Assembly (NCBI GenBank): GCA_048499675.1
Contig: JASNZL010000009.1
Span: forward strand, 303-64,302
Source: Candidatus Zambryskiibacteriota bacterium
GTDB taxonomy: Bacteria > Patescibacteriota > Minisyncoccia > Phycocordibacterales > WO2-35-19
Direction of reading: 5' to 3'
Length of the DNA stretch: 64,000 nucleotides
Shown here in pieces: positions 8,777 through 18,532 of the stretch (position 1 is its first letter; every line of letters begins with the position of its first letter). A program made the translations under genes and the position numbers. The notes under the pieces are model-generated. The model saw only the letters and a program-made list of their open reading frames with translations. It ran no database searches and was not told the DNA's origin.

Positions 8777-9345
8777 GATACGAAAACTATGCGAAAGTTA
8801 CGAAAAACTACGAAAATTGTTCGGAATCAATTCTGATAATTCTTGTAGGCTTCATAAATTTTTCTCTGAAATTAACCAATAAACCCAGTTTAACTTTAGC
8901 ATGCTGTAAATAATTTTGTATTTGTCTGTAATGATCCTTCAATACGAATCTTGTAGCCTTTAATTCTAATACAATTTTATTATCAATAATAAAATCAATA
9001 ATATTTCCAGTATTTCCAATTGTAACTTCTCTACTATATGGTATGTTTTTTTCTTTAAGTTTTTGCTCAATCATATCCCCATACTGCTTCTCTCTAGCAA
9101 ATTGTCCTAATTCTTTTTTAACTTCAAATAAAACACCATTAATTGTATAGGAGAGTTCTGGATATATAACCTTACTACTATAAACTCTATTTTCTATTTT
9201 TTTACTATTACTTACCATAATGTTTATTTGCCTTTATTTTAATACTCACGGGAATTTTAATTCCTGCACATACACTTTTGGGCCACCATATTGATCTTTT
9301 GAATTTTCGTAACCTTTCGTATCTTTTCGCACGATTTTCGTATCC
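8777..9345. mobile_element. MITE-like element with ~42-bp terminal inverted repeats (aattttcgtaNcttttcgtaNctttcgcaNNNttttcgtat) carrying a GxxExxY gene. It is inserted exactly between the permease stop and the ATPase start.
   Basis: Left end 8779-8822 (reverse complement) and right end 9301-9343 align at about 85% identity. A solo copy of the same sequence occurs at 43035-43135. Confidence 0.5.
8808..9218 (-). CDS. GxxExxY-family protein (TIGR04256-like, PD-(D/E)xK nuclease-like fold)
   Basis: Motifs INGVLFEVKKELGQFAREKQYGD and IVLELKA match the GxxExxY family. 136 aa. Confidence 0.55.
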   Translation of the reverse strand: MVSNSKKIENRVYSSKVIYPELSYTINGVLFEVKKELGQFAREKQYGDMIEQKLKEKNIPYSREVTIGNTGNIIDFIIDNKIVLELKATRFVLKDHYRQIQNYLQHAKVKLGLLVNFREKFMKPTRIIRIDSEQFS

Positions 9346-9349
9346 CGTT

Positions 9350-10645
9350 TTACCTACCAAGTATCGAATCGAGCGTATTTCTCTTGACCACAATCCGCGC
9401 CGGTATATAACCAGCAATAATAGTAGCAAGCATTAACAGAAATACTCTTGTAAATGTCGCCCCTAATTCTGCCACTAATATACCGTCACTAAACGGAAAC
9501 TTTATTGGATTTGCATCAAAATACGGAACAAGAAGTCCGTATAGGAGTAAAAGTCCTACCCCTATACCAACTGTTGCATAAAATAATGATTGAAAAACAT
9601 AAGCAATTTCAATGGCTTGCGAACTTATACCTATACCTTTAAGAATTCCTATAAATTTTTTCCTTGTAATTGCATTTACAAATATAACAATAAATATGGT
9701 AATTGATGCAACCACGAGACCAATAGAACCGACCACATTACCAAGTAGTGCAAAAGTATTTTTAATATCAATTACGAATTTTGGTAAAGCATCTTCTTCT
9801 GTTTGAACTCTGGCTGTTTCTCCAATTCCAGTTTTTAGTAATGAATCTCTTACAAAGACAGGGTCAACCCCAGCATTCAATCTAACTGCCATTTCTGAAA
9901 TATTGTAGTCAGTTATACCTGCCATGTTTCGGAGCATTGAATCAAGCATATAAGCTCTAAAATCAACTTCATCAGCCTTGGTTTGAATTATACCTTTTAC
10001 TGTAAATTCTCTCGTATTTTGTCCGATTGTTATCCTAACTCTTGTTCCAGGTTCTACATTTTCCAAAAATGAAAAACTTGCTGATTCTATCGGTACATAT
10101 TTTTTTAACATACTTGATCCAAGTAAAACATATTCGGTATCGTCTGGATTTAGAAATTCTCCTTCCACAACTTTTGAAGCCAAGTTTGAAGTTTGGTTTT
10201 CAAGTACCGGATTTATCCCAGCTATTGCTCCAGCTACACTGTTTGGTGAATCTGTTAATCTAACTCTCTCTTTGTATCCGGCTTCTACAATTCCAGATTG
10301 TAAATATCTTGGTGAATATGCTCTAACCCACTGCATATTTTTGACTGTTTCTATTATTGTAGGACTATTTTCAATAAAATTCTTTTTTGGAAGTCGTGAT
10401 ATAAAAATCTCTCCAGTTGAATGTTCTCTATAAACTCTAATTGAACCCTCTATAAGACCAACGAGAACTCCTCTCACCACCACAAGATTGAGAAAAGTGA
10501 GCGTCATCACAAATATAATGAGAAACGTAGTTGCTTTACTTGATCTTTTGATTTGGCGAAATGCCAAAAAAAACCCCACCTTAAGTGAAATCAAAAAACG
10601 CTCAAATTTTCTTTTCTGTCGCTCCATAGTTTTATTATAACACAA
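9350..10645 (-). CDS. ABC transporter permease, FtsX/MacB-like
   Basis: N-terminal TM helix, large extracytoplasmic domain, three C-terminal TM helices. Same operon as the ATPase and adaptor. Confidence 0.6.
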   Translation of the reverse strand: MCYNKTMERQKRKFERFLISLKVGFFLAFRQIKRSSKATTFLIIFVMTLTFLNLVVVRGVLVGLIEGSIRVYREHSTGEIFISRLPKKNFIENSPTIIETVKNMQWVRAYSPRYLQSGIVEAGYKERVRLTDSPNSVAGAIAGINPVLENQTSNLASKVVEGEFLNPDDTEYVLLGSSMLKKYVPIESASFSFLENVEPGTRVRITIGQNTREFTVKGIIQTKADEVDFRAYMLDSMLRNMAGITDYNISEMAVRLNAGVDPVFVRDSLLKTGIGETARVQTEEDALPKFVIDIKNTFALLGNVVGSIGLVVASITIFIVIFVNAITRKKFIGILKGIGISSQAIEIAYVFQSLFYATVGIGVGLLLLYGLLVPYFDANPIKFPFSDGILVAELGATFTRVFLLMLATIIAGYIPARIVVKRNTLDSILGR

Positions 10646-10677
10646 AAAATACCCACTAATTACTAATATTCACCTGC

Positions 10678-10760
10678 CCGCAATGCTACCGCATAAGCGT
10701 TGCAGGCGGACCCGCCCGCCATTGCCACACTTCAGGCATTGGCAGGCGGGCGAATAAAAA
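10678..10760. repeat. GC-rich REP-like palindromic element (family 1: cacctgcccgcaatgctaYcgcataMgcgttgcaggcgg)
   Basis: Imperfect GC palindromes in an AT-rich intergenic region. Near-identical unit at 60793-60880. Confidence 0.55.
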
Positions 10761-11056
10761 CGAAAGACACAAATAGAAAAAATGTAAAATTATAATTTAA
10801 AAATCTTACAAAATAAGAGTTGAATTAGGAAGAAATATATAAAAAATAAGAGGCGTAAGTTAGGATAAAAATTTTTAATTATCAAGAACCAAATTCCCTA
10901 AAATAAACCGACCTTATTCGTTTGAGTTAAAAAGCACTTAAATATAAGTGAATTAATGGTTGATTACTTAATTATAATTACAAACATAGATCAATCTATA
11001 GTTATGAAAGGAGGTTGATTTTTACTACAAAAAATATGGTGTTCGTGGGCGCTTTT

Positions 11057-12259
11057 TTATATATACCCTCTAGTTCCTTTATTTAACTTCGGATACGCAT
11101 TGTTATAAAGTTCATTCGCCATTTCTTTTGTTAGTGTTTTATCAGGATGTCTTAAAATTATTTTAACAAGGACATTATCCTGATCTTCAAGTGCACCAAG
11201 CTTTTCCCGTGCGATAGTAGACAGCTTCTCAAAAGGAGTTCTTTCTAAAATTTCGACTTGCTCTAATAATTCACTCTCATTACCAAAAGCATCTTTAATA
11301 GCTTCGCAAATGTCCTCCTCTGTATCATCTTTATTTATGCAGTAGGACATATCTCTGGTAATGGCCGGCTGATCAGACACAGGCTTAAACTCTTTCATAT
11401 CAAACATCTGCTTAAGAATTCTTGGATCAGTTGAACGAATAAGTCTTATATCTGGAAGATTTTTCCTTGCCATTATTAGTCTTTCTACTCCCATTCCTAA
11501 AGCCAATCCGGAATACTCATCGGGGTTAATACCCGCGTTTCTTAATATACCTGGATTAATTAATCCAGCCTCAAAAACTTCTATTTCTTTTCCATTTACT
11601 CTCGCATACACCTCAATACCATTGATGGTATAAGGATGCATAGCTTCATAAACAATCATTTCAGCATCCGGACAAGCTGCTTCAAAAACAGCTTTAGCAA
11701 GTTGGAGTAGATTTTCTCTGTTAACATTTCCATATTTTTTGTTGTTTTGTAGAGTCCAAATGTCTATTTGATGAAAAACATCTAAATGTCTAGGGTCGAT
11801 AACGTCTCTTCTATAAACCAAACCGGGGAATACAAAAGTTGAGCGGTCAACATCCCTTTCTAATTTTCTGAAAGTTGAAGGCACTAACGCTGATGTGTGC
11901 GTTCTCAGAACATGATTTTCATCAGAATATCGAGTATAAGTAGAAGACCTGCCCGGATTTCCCGATGAAAATAATAGATTATCAAAATTATCCCTTGCAT
12001 CAACTACAGGATTACCCCTTATAATGCGAATGTCTGAAAAATTATACTCACTTAACTTGTTTACAACATTATCATATATCCTCCCAACAATATTTCTTTC
12101 TTGTTCATCTTGATTTGGTGTAGGCAGAGTTAAATCATTAACCGATAATAGTTTATTAATAATCTCTGTGGATGAAACCTCAAATCTCAACCGCATAAGT
12201 AAATCTGGGTTCTCTTTCGGCACTTCTATACTTGCTTTTTTTATAGCTGATTCTTTCAT
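11057..12259 (-). CDS. pheS: phenylalanine--tRNA ligase alpha subunit
   Basis: Class II aaRS motif 2 FPGLVYRRDVIDPRHLDVFHQID. Motif 3 GLALGMGVERLIMARKNL. Confidence 0.8.
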   Translation of the reverse strand: MKESAIKKASIEVPKENPDLLMRLRFEVSSTEIINKLLSVNDLTLPTPNQDEQERNIVGRIYDNVVNKLSEYNFSDIRIIRGNPVVDARDNFDNLLFSSGNPGRSSTYTRYSDENHVLRTHTSALVPSTFRKLERDVDRSTFVFPGLVYRRDVIDPRHLDVFHQIDIWTLQNNKKYGNVNRENLLQLAKAVFEAACPDAEMIVYEAMHPYTINGIEVYARVNGKEIEVFEAGLINPGILRNAGINPDEYSGLALGMGVERLIMARKNLPDIRLIRSTDPRILKQMFDMKEFKPVSDQPAITRDMSYCINKDDTEEDICEAIKDAFGNESELLEQVEILERTPFEKLSTIAREKLGALEDQDNVLVKIILRHPDKTLTKEMANELYNNAYPKLNKGTRGYI

Positions 12260-12260
12260 A

Positions 12261-13433
12261 TTAAAAATATTTATTTAAGAACTCTTTAACCTCTTTAAGT
12301 TTGACAGGGTCTGCATATTGACTCGGGAATATATTATAGTTGCTTTCTTCAAAAAGTTCCGGCCACTTATCCACAAATATCTTGCGTACCCCCTCCATTA
12401 AAGAAAGGCCAAGGTTTGGGTAAACATCTTCCACACTATGAGCTAGATAATAAATGATGTTGCGCTGGTACGTACTTTGTTCGTCTTGGCGTTCTTGGTA
12501 ATTAGACAGGCTGTATTTAGGGTAACAAGCATCCAAAATAATTTTTGGTATATCCCACAAAGGCATTAGGAGTCTTGTTGAACCAAATTTCCGTACTGGG
12601 AATTCAAGAGGTTTTTGTCCATTCATAATCGAAAACAATAAATCTGAAAGTAAATCTTCACGATTAAAGCCCAGTATATATTCATTGGCATTGTATTTCT
12701 TACAAAGTTTTCGCGCGACAATAGAGATAAGATAAGTACCAAAAAAGTGACTTGTATTACTACCAAACTTTTCACAATACTCATTATAGAAATCACTTAG
12801 AGATTTTTTCATCTTTAACAGCTCCTCTATTTCCTTATTATTATAGACATAATGTGTCAAATTATGATCGGCACAAAGTTTAGAAGCTCGTTCTGCTGCA
12901 GATGCAGGCCATATTGGCTCAAAGACGATAGTAAAAAAAATAAATTGTTTACCAATTAAGGTTTTGAGCCCTTGTGCAAGAGTATTACTATCTCCTCCAC
13001 CAGAAATACCTACAATCAAAGTTCTGCTTTGACTATTTTTTTTAATAAAATCAGTAATTTTTTCTTTTACTAAATTCTTTGCAGAATCAGGATTTAGCTC
13101 ATGAATTATTTCTCTACAGCCCTCATTTCCAAAATTAAATTCAGGAACAACTATCACCGGGTTATCGACCTTGCTATACGTGGTACTCTGTGGAAGCACA
13201 TCACGCAAGTCGGTATTCCTAATACAATGTAAAAAAATTTTTTCTTCTGGAGGAATAGCGAAAATAAAAGTATTAAGTGGAATTGGACATGTTTCCTCTT
13301 TTGTTTTTATATAACCTTGAAAAAGGTTTGGAGGAATTCGTTTTGTTCGGAGAACATCCTCTAGAGTGAGGGAATCGTCCATTTCTACCACTATCTCTTC
13401 AGAAGCGGTTTTTATAATGATACTTCTTAACAT
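12261..13433 (-). CDS. PP-loop superfamily ATP pyrophosphatase (TilS/ThiI/TtcA-like tRNA-modification enzyme candidate) with ~140-aa N-terminal extension
   Basis: SGGGDS PP-loop (LIVGISGGGDSNTL). Immediately upstream of pheS and probably co-transcribed. Confidence 0.45.
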   Translation of the reverse strand: MLRSIIIKTASEEIVVEMDDSLTLEDVLRTKRIPPNLFQGYIKTKEETCPIPLNTFIFAIPPEEKIFLHCIRNTDLRDVLPQSTTYSKVDNPVIVVPEFNFGNEGCREIIHELNPDSAKNLVKEKITDFIKKNSQSRTLIVGISGGGDSNTLAQGLKTLIGKQFIFFTIVFEPIWPASAAERASKLCADHNLTHYVYNNKEIEELLKMKKSLSDFYNEYCEKFGSNTSHFFGTYLISIVARKLCKKYNANEYILGFNREDLLSDLLFSIMNGQKPLEFPVRKFGSTRLLMPLWDIPKIILDACYPKYSLSNYQERQDEQSTYQRNIIYYLAHSVEDVYPNLGLSLMEGVRKIFVDKWPELFEESNYNIFPSQYADPVKLKEVKEFLNKYF

Positions 13434-13894
13434 ATACTAACAAGTGCAAAATACTAATTGAACGCCGCAAGGGATGATGTACACATTATATGTTCTATCT
13501 TAGTATCGGTTAAACTACATAATCCTTTGTCAGCTAAGGAAATAAAAAGGTTCTTATCGGTATTCTCAGAAATGATCCCAATCTTACGAATTTCTTTTTT
13601 AGCTAATGTAGAAGAGTTTTTCATATTATATATTATTAAGTTTATTAATAAAAACTAGATGAAATCGCATTTATGCACGAAACGCGAATACACATATTTA
13701 TAATACACGGAGTTATAATATTGTCAATTTTTTGTATAACCACACCCATTTTTACACTCGACTCGTAGTTTAGAAACAAATAACTGGAACAGGAAAGAAC
13801 CTTTAGTGAGGTTAGTTTTTTGAAAGAATAGTGGAATCGTTTGATATTGTAGAACAAAAAATAATTTACCATCTTTCTTATTAGCATGATTCGC

Positions 13895-13985
13895 CCGCCT
13901 GCAACGCCTGGAGCGTAGCACTGGCGGGCAGGCCCGCCTGCCAGCGCCTGAAGCGTAGCACTGGCGGGCAGGCCCGCATTAGCGG
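13895..13985. repeat. GC-rich REP-like element, two tandem ~43-bp units (family 2: gcccgcctgc-N-agcgtagcactggcgggcagg)
   Basis: Direct tandem duplication of a GC palindrome in an AT-rich intergenic region. Confidence 0.55.
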
Positions 13986-14037
13986 ATTGGTGAGTAACTT
14001 TACAAACTTTCTAACTTGCGCCTTTCTAACTTTCTTA

Positions 14038-14541
14038 CTATTTAAGTCCTTTACAATTGCTCGCTGGTGTATAACCTTTTGCTCTCGCCTCCTCTATAGA
14101 ATTAAAAGTAATCAAATTTTTCTCTGCAATTTGTTTTGCTCCAGCACACCATGGATAATGATACTTAGTTCCATTTTTTGAACCAACAACAATTTCAGAT
14201 GGATTTTGATTCGAATTTTCTATATTAACAACAGAGATAACCGCTGAAGCCCCATCTTTTGCCCTTTCTGTATTTATTTTCTGTTGCCCATCTAAATTTT
14301 GCAGATTTTGTACATTTCCATTTATTACCTTCACTGGAACTTTTTTATCCTCCAGACCAGAAATTCTACCGAGCGAAAAGGAAGAGATAGCAACCAAAAT
14401 GACACAAGCGACAACAAAACTCCTACTATCCAAAAAATTTTCCAACCTTTCTTTTGGTGTAAGTTTTAGATTTTCATCAAAATATAGAGAGTCCACATAC
14501 TCTTCAGTTACGTCTAAATTGTCCTTTTTAATATCACTCAT
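14038..14541 (-). CDS. membrane-anchored protein with C-terminal Cys-containing small domain (YHYPWC...NCKG), unknown function
   Basis: TM helix at residues 40-60. Conserved-looking YHxxxC/..C C-terminal motif. Confidence 0.35.
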   Translation of the reverse strand: MSDIKKDNLDVTEEYVDSLYFDENLKLTPKERLENFLDSRSFVVACVILVAISSFSLGRISGLEDKKVPVKVINGNVQNLQNLDGQQKINTERAKDGASAVISVVNIENSNQNPSEIVVGSKNGTKYHYPWCAGAKQIAEKNLITFNSIEEARAKGYTPASNCKGLK

Positions 14542-14879
14542 ATATAAAAGTAATAACTATATTCTACATTGATTTTTTACGATTTGCATTTTATCTAACT
14601 TTGTATAACCCTAACTCTCTACATCTAAAACCTCTCACCTCCAAGCTCCAACCTTCTTTCTTCCCATTTAGAATAATTAGGTTAATTAGTATAATTCTAT
14701 TATCTTCCCTCCCACCTCTGCCCCCAATCCTTTAAATCATATGTCTTATTTCTTACTTCTTATCTCTTTCGAGCTTGCATTATCCCCCAAACTATATTAT
14801 ACTTTTTTCAAGTCAATACTTTTTGACTTTTTCGTTTTTACTTTATAAACTTTACACTTTATAACTTTTAACTAATTTT

Positions 14880-15152
14880 ATGGCACATAAAAAAGCCGCA
14901 GGAACAACAAAAAATGGTAGAGATTCCAATCCAAAATATCTCGGTATCAAACTAACTGATGGAGCAGTATGTAAAGTTGGTTCTATTATAGTACGACAAA
15001 GAGGCTCAAAAATACTTCCCGGAAACGGTGTTAAACTGGGCAAAGACTACACACTATTTGCTGTAAAAGACGGCAAAGTAAAAATGTCCTCAAAAAGAAA
15101 AGTTCACTTTGATGGCACAACAATAATCAAAAAGGTAGCGAGCGTAGTCTAA
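14880..15152 (+). CDS. rpmA: 50S ribosomal protein L27
   Basis: [22 protein letters not shown]...IIVRQRGSK is a near-canonical L27 N-terminus. Confidence 0.9.
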   Translation: MAHKKAAGTTKNGRDSNPKYLGIKLTDGAVCKVGSIIVRQRGSKILPGNGVKLGKDYTLFAVKDGKVKMSSKRKVHFDGTTIIKKVASVV

Positions 15153-15219
15153 AAAATACTTCTAAAAGTTATCACAAGAAAATCTGGAACTCTCCAGATT
15201 TTCTTGTATAATTTTATTA

Positions 15220-15768
15220 ATGACAGGAACAAGAATAGCATCGACCAAAGGCTTTACTCTTATAGAATTATTAGTTGTGATTGCTATTATTGGAGTTTTA
15301 TCTGGGATAGTTTTTTCTGGAATAAACAACGCCAGAGCCAAAGCTAGAGATACGCAGAGAATTGCAGAAATAAGATCAATAATGAACGCATTGGAATTGT
15401 ATCGTAGTACTAATGGCTCGTATTTGGTATCTGGTAACTGTGGCGCAACAGTACCAAACAGTGCTTGGTGTAACAGTGTTCAATCATTAAGTAATGATCA
15501 TTGGATAAGAAACGGAACAACAAACTTATCACAATTCATAAGCAAAGATCCGATTGATCCCCAGCAGGGCTCCACTGCGGTTTTTGGAGGTGCTACATAT
15601 TCTTATTACTCACCTTCTGGAGGCGCATGGTATATGATAGTGTATAGACTTGAGAATCCAAATAAAAAACTGGAAGATATTGACGGTATAAAAAGTTGTA
15701 CAGGCACAACATACCACTACGGAAACGGAACAAACGGTATTCTAACTGTCGGAACGAGTTGTATTTAA
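15220..15768 (+). CDS. type IV pilin / pseudopilin-like protein with prepilin N-terminal methylation domain
   Basis: KGFTLIELLVVIAIIGVLSGIV: class III signal peptide with a G|F cleavage site. Confidence 0.7.
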   Translation: MTGTRIASTKGFTLIELLVVIAIIGVLSGIVFSGINNARAKARDTQRIAEIRSIMNALELYRSTNGSYLVSGNCGATVPNSAWCNSVQSLSNDHWIRNGTTNLSQFISKDPIDPQQGSTAVFGGATYSYYSPSGGAWYMIVYRLENPNKKLEDIDGIKSCTGTTYHYGNGTNGILTVGTSCI

Positions 15769-16208
15769 GAAGCATTTACACTCAAAACAAACTCCGCTTT
15801 GTTATTTCCTACTACAACAGGAATCTTGTGTTCCCCTATTTCCTTTATCGGCACAGTAATATCCAAATAATCAGAATCCAAACTAATTCTTGCTTGCTCG
15901 TGCAAAGCTTTTACTATTTCATCATTATGAATTTTTTCAAACAAATGACCTTTTTCGTTGGCTTTTTTTGATATAGTAACCTTAACATCTTTTAGCATTT
16001 CAATTTGTTTCTTTGCTAAATTTTCTTTTATTTCCATCTCTGCAATATTTGTCTCTTGTTGTATTTTTGCATTTTTGATAGCTTCAGGACTTGCATATAC
16101 TGCTAGTTTTTTTGGTATCAAAAAATTGTTTGCGTATCCATCTGACACATCTTTTACATCATACTTTCTACCAACTCCTTTTATATCTTGTTTTAGAATT
16201 ACTTTCAT
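15765..16208 (-). CDS. rplI: 50S ribosomal protein L9. The likely start is MKVILKQ, internal to the ORF-track call.
   Basis: MKVILKQDIKGVGRKYDVKDVSDGYANNFLIPKKLAV matches the L9 N-terminal domain. Confidence 0.8.
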   Translation of the reverse strand: MKVILKQDIKGVGRKYDVKDVSDGYANNFLIPKKLAVYASPEAIKNAKIQQETNIAEMEIKENLAKKQIEMLKDVKVTISKKANEKGHLFEKIHNDEIVKALHEQARISLDSDYLDITVPIKEIGEHKIPVVVGNNKAEFVLSVNAS

Positions 16209-16262
16209 ATAATTTAGCGAAATCATGTCGCACAATACCACACTTTGAGGTGCAACCTAGAT

Positions 16263-17513
16263 TTAGTTAATAGTTAATAAATATTCAACTGCTTTTTTGA
16301 AAATCACATCACCATCTTTTTCCTCCCCCCTTTCAACTACAATATCAGGAGTGAGTCCCCCTTCAGATATAGAATTTCCAAGTGGAGTAAGCCAATGAGC
16401 CACGGTGACTTTTAGAGAAGTCTCCCCAGTAATAGACACGAGCTCTTGAACAGAACCCTTCCCAAAAGTTTGTCGGCCTATAATTATAGCTTTGTTATGC
16501 TCTCTTAGAGCACCCGCCAAAATCTCGGAAGCAGAAGCTGAACCTTCATTGACCAAAATTACCATCTTCAAATTATCATTAAATATATTGTATCCCTTGC
16601 TTCTATATTCTTTGTTATTTCTTTTGCCACCAAAATCTTCTACCACCACCACTTTACCGGTTGGCAAAAACCAACTAGCCATATCAAGTGAAGCTTCCAA
16701 AAAACCTCCGGGATTATTTCTCAAATCCAAAATCAATTTGCCCGAACCTGACTCGATAAATTCACGAAGAGCGCTCCTAAAAAGATTTGGCGAAGTAGCT
16801 GAGAAGTTATAAAGTTCAATTACAAATATCCCCTCTTCCGTCATTTTTGTATTAACAGTGGGAATCTCTATATTGGCTCTAACAATATCTTTAACAATTG
16901 GCTCAGGAATTTCTTTTCTGAGAAAAGTTATAGTTACTTTTGTGCCACTCTCTCCTCTTATAAGACCTATCGCTTCGTCTGTCGTCATATTAATAGCTGA
17001 CTTTCCATCAATTTCTACAATTTTGTCTCCCGCCAAAACTCCCGCCCTATATGCAGGTGTGTTTTTGAGCGGAGCAATTACGGTAAGTAAATCGTCGGCA
17101 ATACCTATTTCCATTCCAACTCCCCCAAAACTACCGCTGATTTCTTCTTCAAATGCTTTAGATTCAACAGGAGGAAAAAACACGGTGTAAGGATCATCAT
17201 ATGAACTTGCAAGCCCCGCAATGGCCCCCCATATTCTTTCTTGTCCTGAGATAGACTCGGATGTGGTAGATGCGGGTGTAAATTTTTCTTCCAAAATTTT
17301 CCACGCCTTCCAAAACGGAGCAAGGTCTACTACTTCTGACTCTATACCTTCTGTATTTACAAACTCAACAGAAGTGATTTTTGATTTTTCCCTACCACCC
17401 ACAAAAAATCCAGTCGCAAAAAGTGCGACGGACATCACGAAGGATAATATTATTTGTGTGTATCTTTCATTCATCATTTTCTGATATAATATATCATACT
17501 TAATACATATCAA
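16263..17513 (-). CDS. carboxyl-terminal processing protease (S41 family, CtpA-like) with PDZ domain
   Basis: S41 signature LILDLRNNPGGFL. Catalytic region GSASASEILAG..K. N-terminal TM helix. Confidence 0.75.
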   Translation of the reverse strand: MICIKYDILYQKMMNERYTQIILSFVMSVALFATGFFVGGREKSKITSVEFVNTEGIESEVVDLAPFWKAWKILEEKFTPASTTSESISGQERIWGAIAGLASSYDDPYTVFFPPVESKAFEEEISGSFGGVGMEIGIADDLLTVIAPLKNTPAYRAGVLAGDKIVEIDGKSAINMTTDEAIGLIRGESGTKVTITFLRKEIPEPIVKDIVRANIEIPTVNTKMTEEGIFVIELYNFSATSPNLFRSALREFIESGSGKLILDLRNNPGGFLEASLDMASWFLPTGKVVVVEDFGGKRNNKEYRSKGYNIFNDNLKMVILVNEGSASASEILAGALREHNKAIIIGRQTFGKGSVQELVSITGETSLKVTVAHWLTPLGNSISEGGLTPDIVVERGEEKDGDVIFKKAVEYLLTIN

Positions 17514-17522
17514 AAAATAAAT

Positions 17523-18425
17523 ATGATAACAACATACTCACAAAACGAACAGACATGGACTGATATAAGCTCCCCAACAAAGGATGAGCTCGATTCCCTT
17601 ATTATGGCTCAAAATTTGGACCCTTTGATAGCAAAGGACCTAAATACCCCAACACCAAAGCAATACACCAAAAAATTTGATAATTCTGTTTATGTTGTTT
17701 TGCACATACCTTTTTTTAAACATTCAAACAGAGAAAGTCTAGAGCAGGAAATTGATTTCATAATTTCAAAAGATGGTCTTATCACCGCTAGATACGACAG
17801 CATTGATGCACTTCACCACTACTCAAAATATTTGGAGGCAAACGAGACATTTAACAAACCCAGCGATTCTCACATATTTGTGGGGCTAATGAAAGAAGTG
17901 TATAAGTTTTTGTTTGATGAAATAGAATATATGAAAGACTGGACCAAAGAGATAGAAAAAAGAATTTTTCAAGGCAAAGAAAAAGATATGGTTTTTTCTC
18001 TGTCAGAAGCATCAAGAAATATTTTAGTATTTCAAAGAAACATAAAACCTCATGGGGATGTTTTCAAAAAAATGATGGAATTTAGTAAAGATATTATATC
18101 CAAAGATTTTGAAAAGGATATGACTACCCTTATAGAAGAGTGGAATAGACTAATTATTGAAACTCAAAATACCAAAGATATGCTCGACGAACTAAAAGAA
18201 ACAAACAATGCCCTCTTGTCCACCAAACAAAATGAGATAATGAAAATTTTTACAATTCTTGCGTTTGTTACTTTCCCACTATCTCTAATTGCTTCAATTT
18301 TCGGAATGAACACCAATTATATACCTCTAGTTGGACTGCCAAATGACTTTTGGGTAGTTATTGGAATTATGACTATAATGAGTATTGCTATGTTTATCTA
18401 TTTCAAGTATAAAATATGGATATAG
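17523..18425 (+). CDS. corA: CorA-family Mg2+/Co2+ transporter
   Basis: Two C-terminal TM helices with the GMN motif (FGMNTNYIPL). ~300 aa. Confidence 0.7.
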   Translation: MITTYSQNEQTWTDISSPTKDELDSLIMAQNLDPLIAKDLNTPTPKQYTKKFDNSVYVVLHIPFFKHSNRESLEQEIDFIISKDGLITARYDSIDALHHYSKYLEANETFNKPSDSHIFVGLMKEVYKFLFDEIEYMKDWTKEIEKRIFQGKEKDMVFSLSEASRNILVFQRNIKPHGDVFKKMMEFSKDIISKDFEKDMTTLIEEWNRLIIETQNTKDMLDELKETNNALLSTKQNEIMKIFTILAFVTFPLSLIASIFGMNTNYIPLVGLPNDFWVVIGIMTIMSIAMFIYFKYKIWI

Positions 18426-18532
18426 GAGAGTTAAAAGTTAAAAGTTTTAAAGTTCATCAAGTAAAAAAGAATTTGATATTGTTTAATTTTCACTTTTTAA
18501 CTTGCGCTTTTATAACTTTATAAACTAAGCTT

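Noticed and set aside
9208-9429. 73-aa ORF overlapping the permease/GxxExxY junction
   Set aside because: It spans the right terminal repeat and the permease 3' end in another frame, with no independent support.
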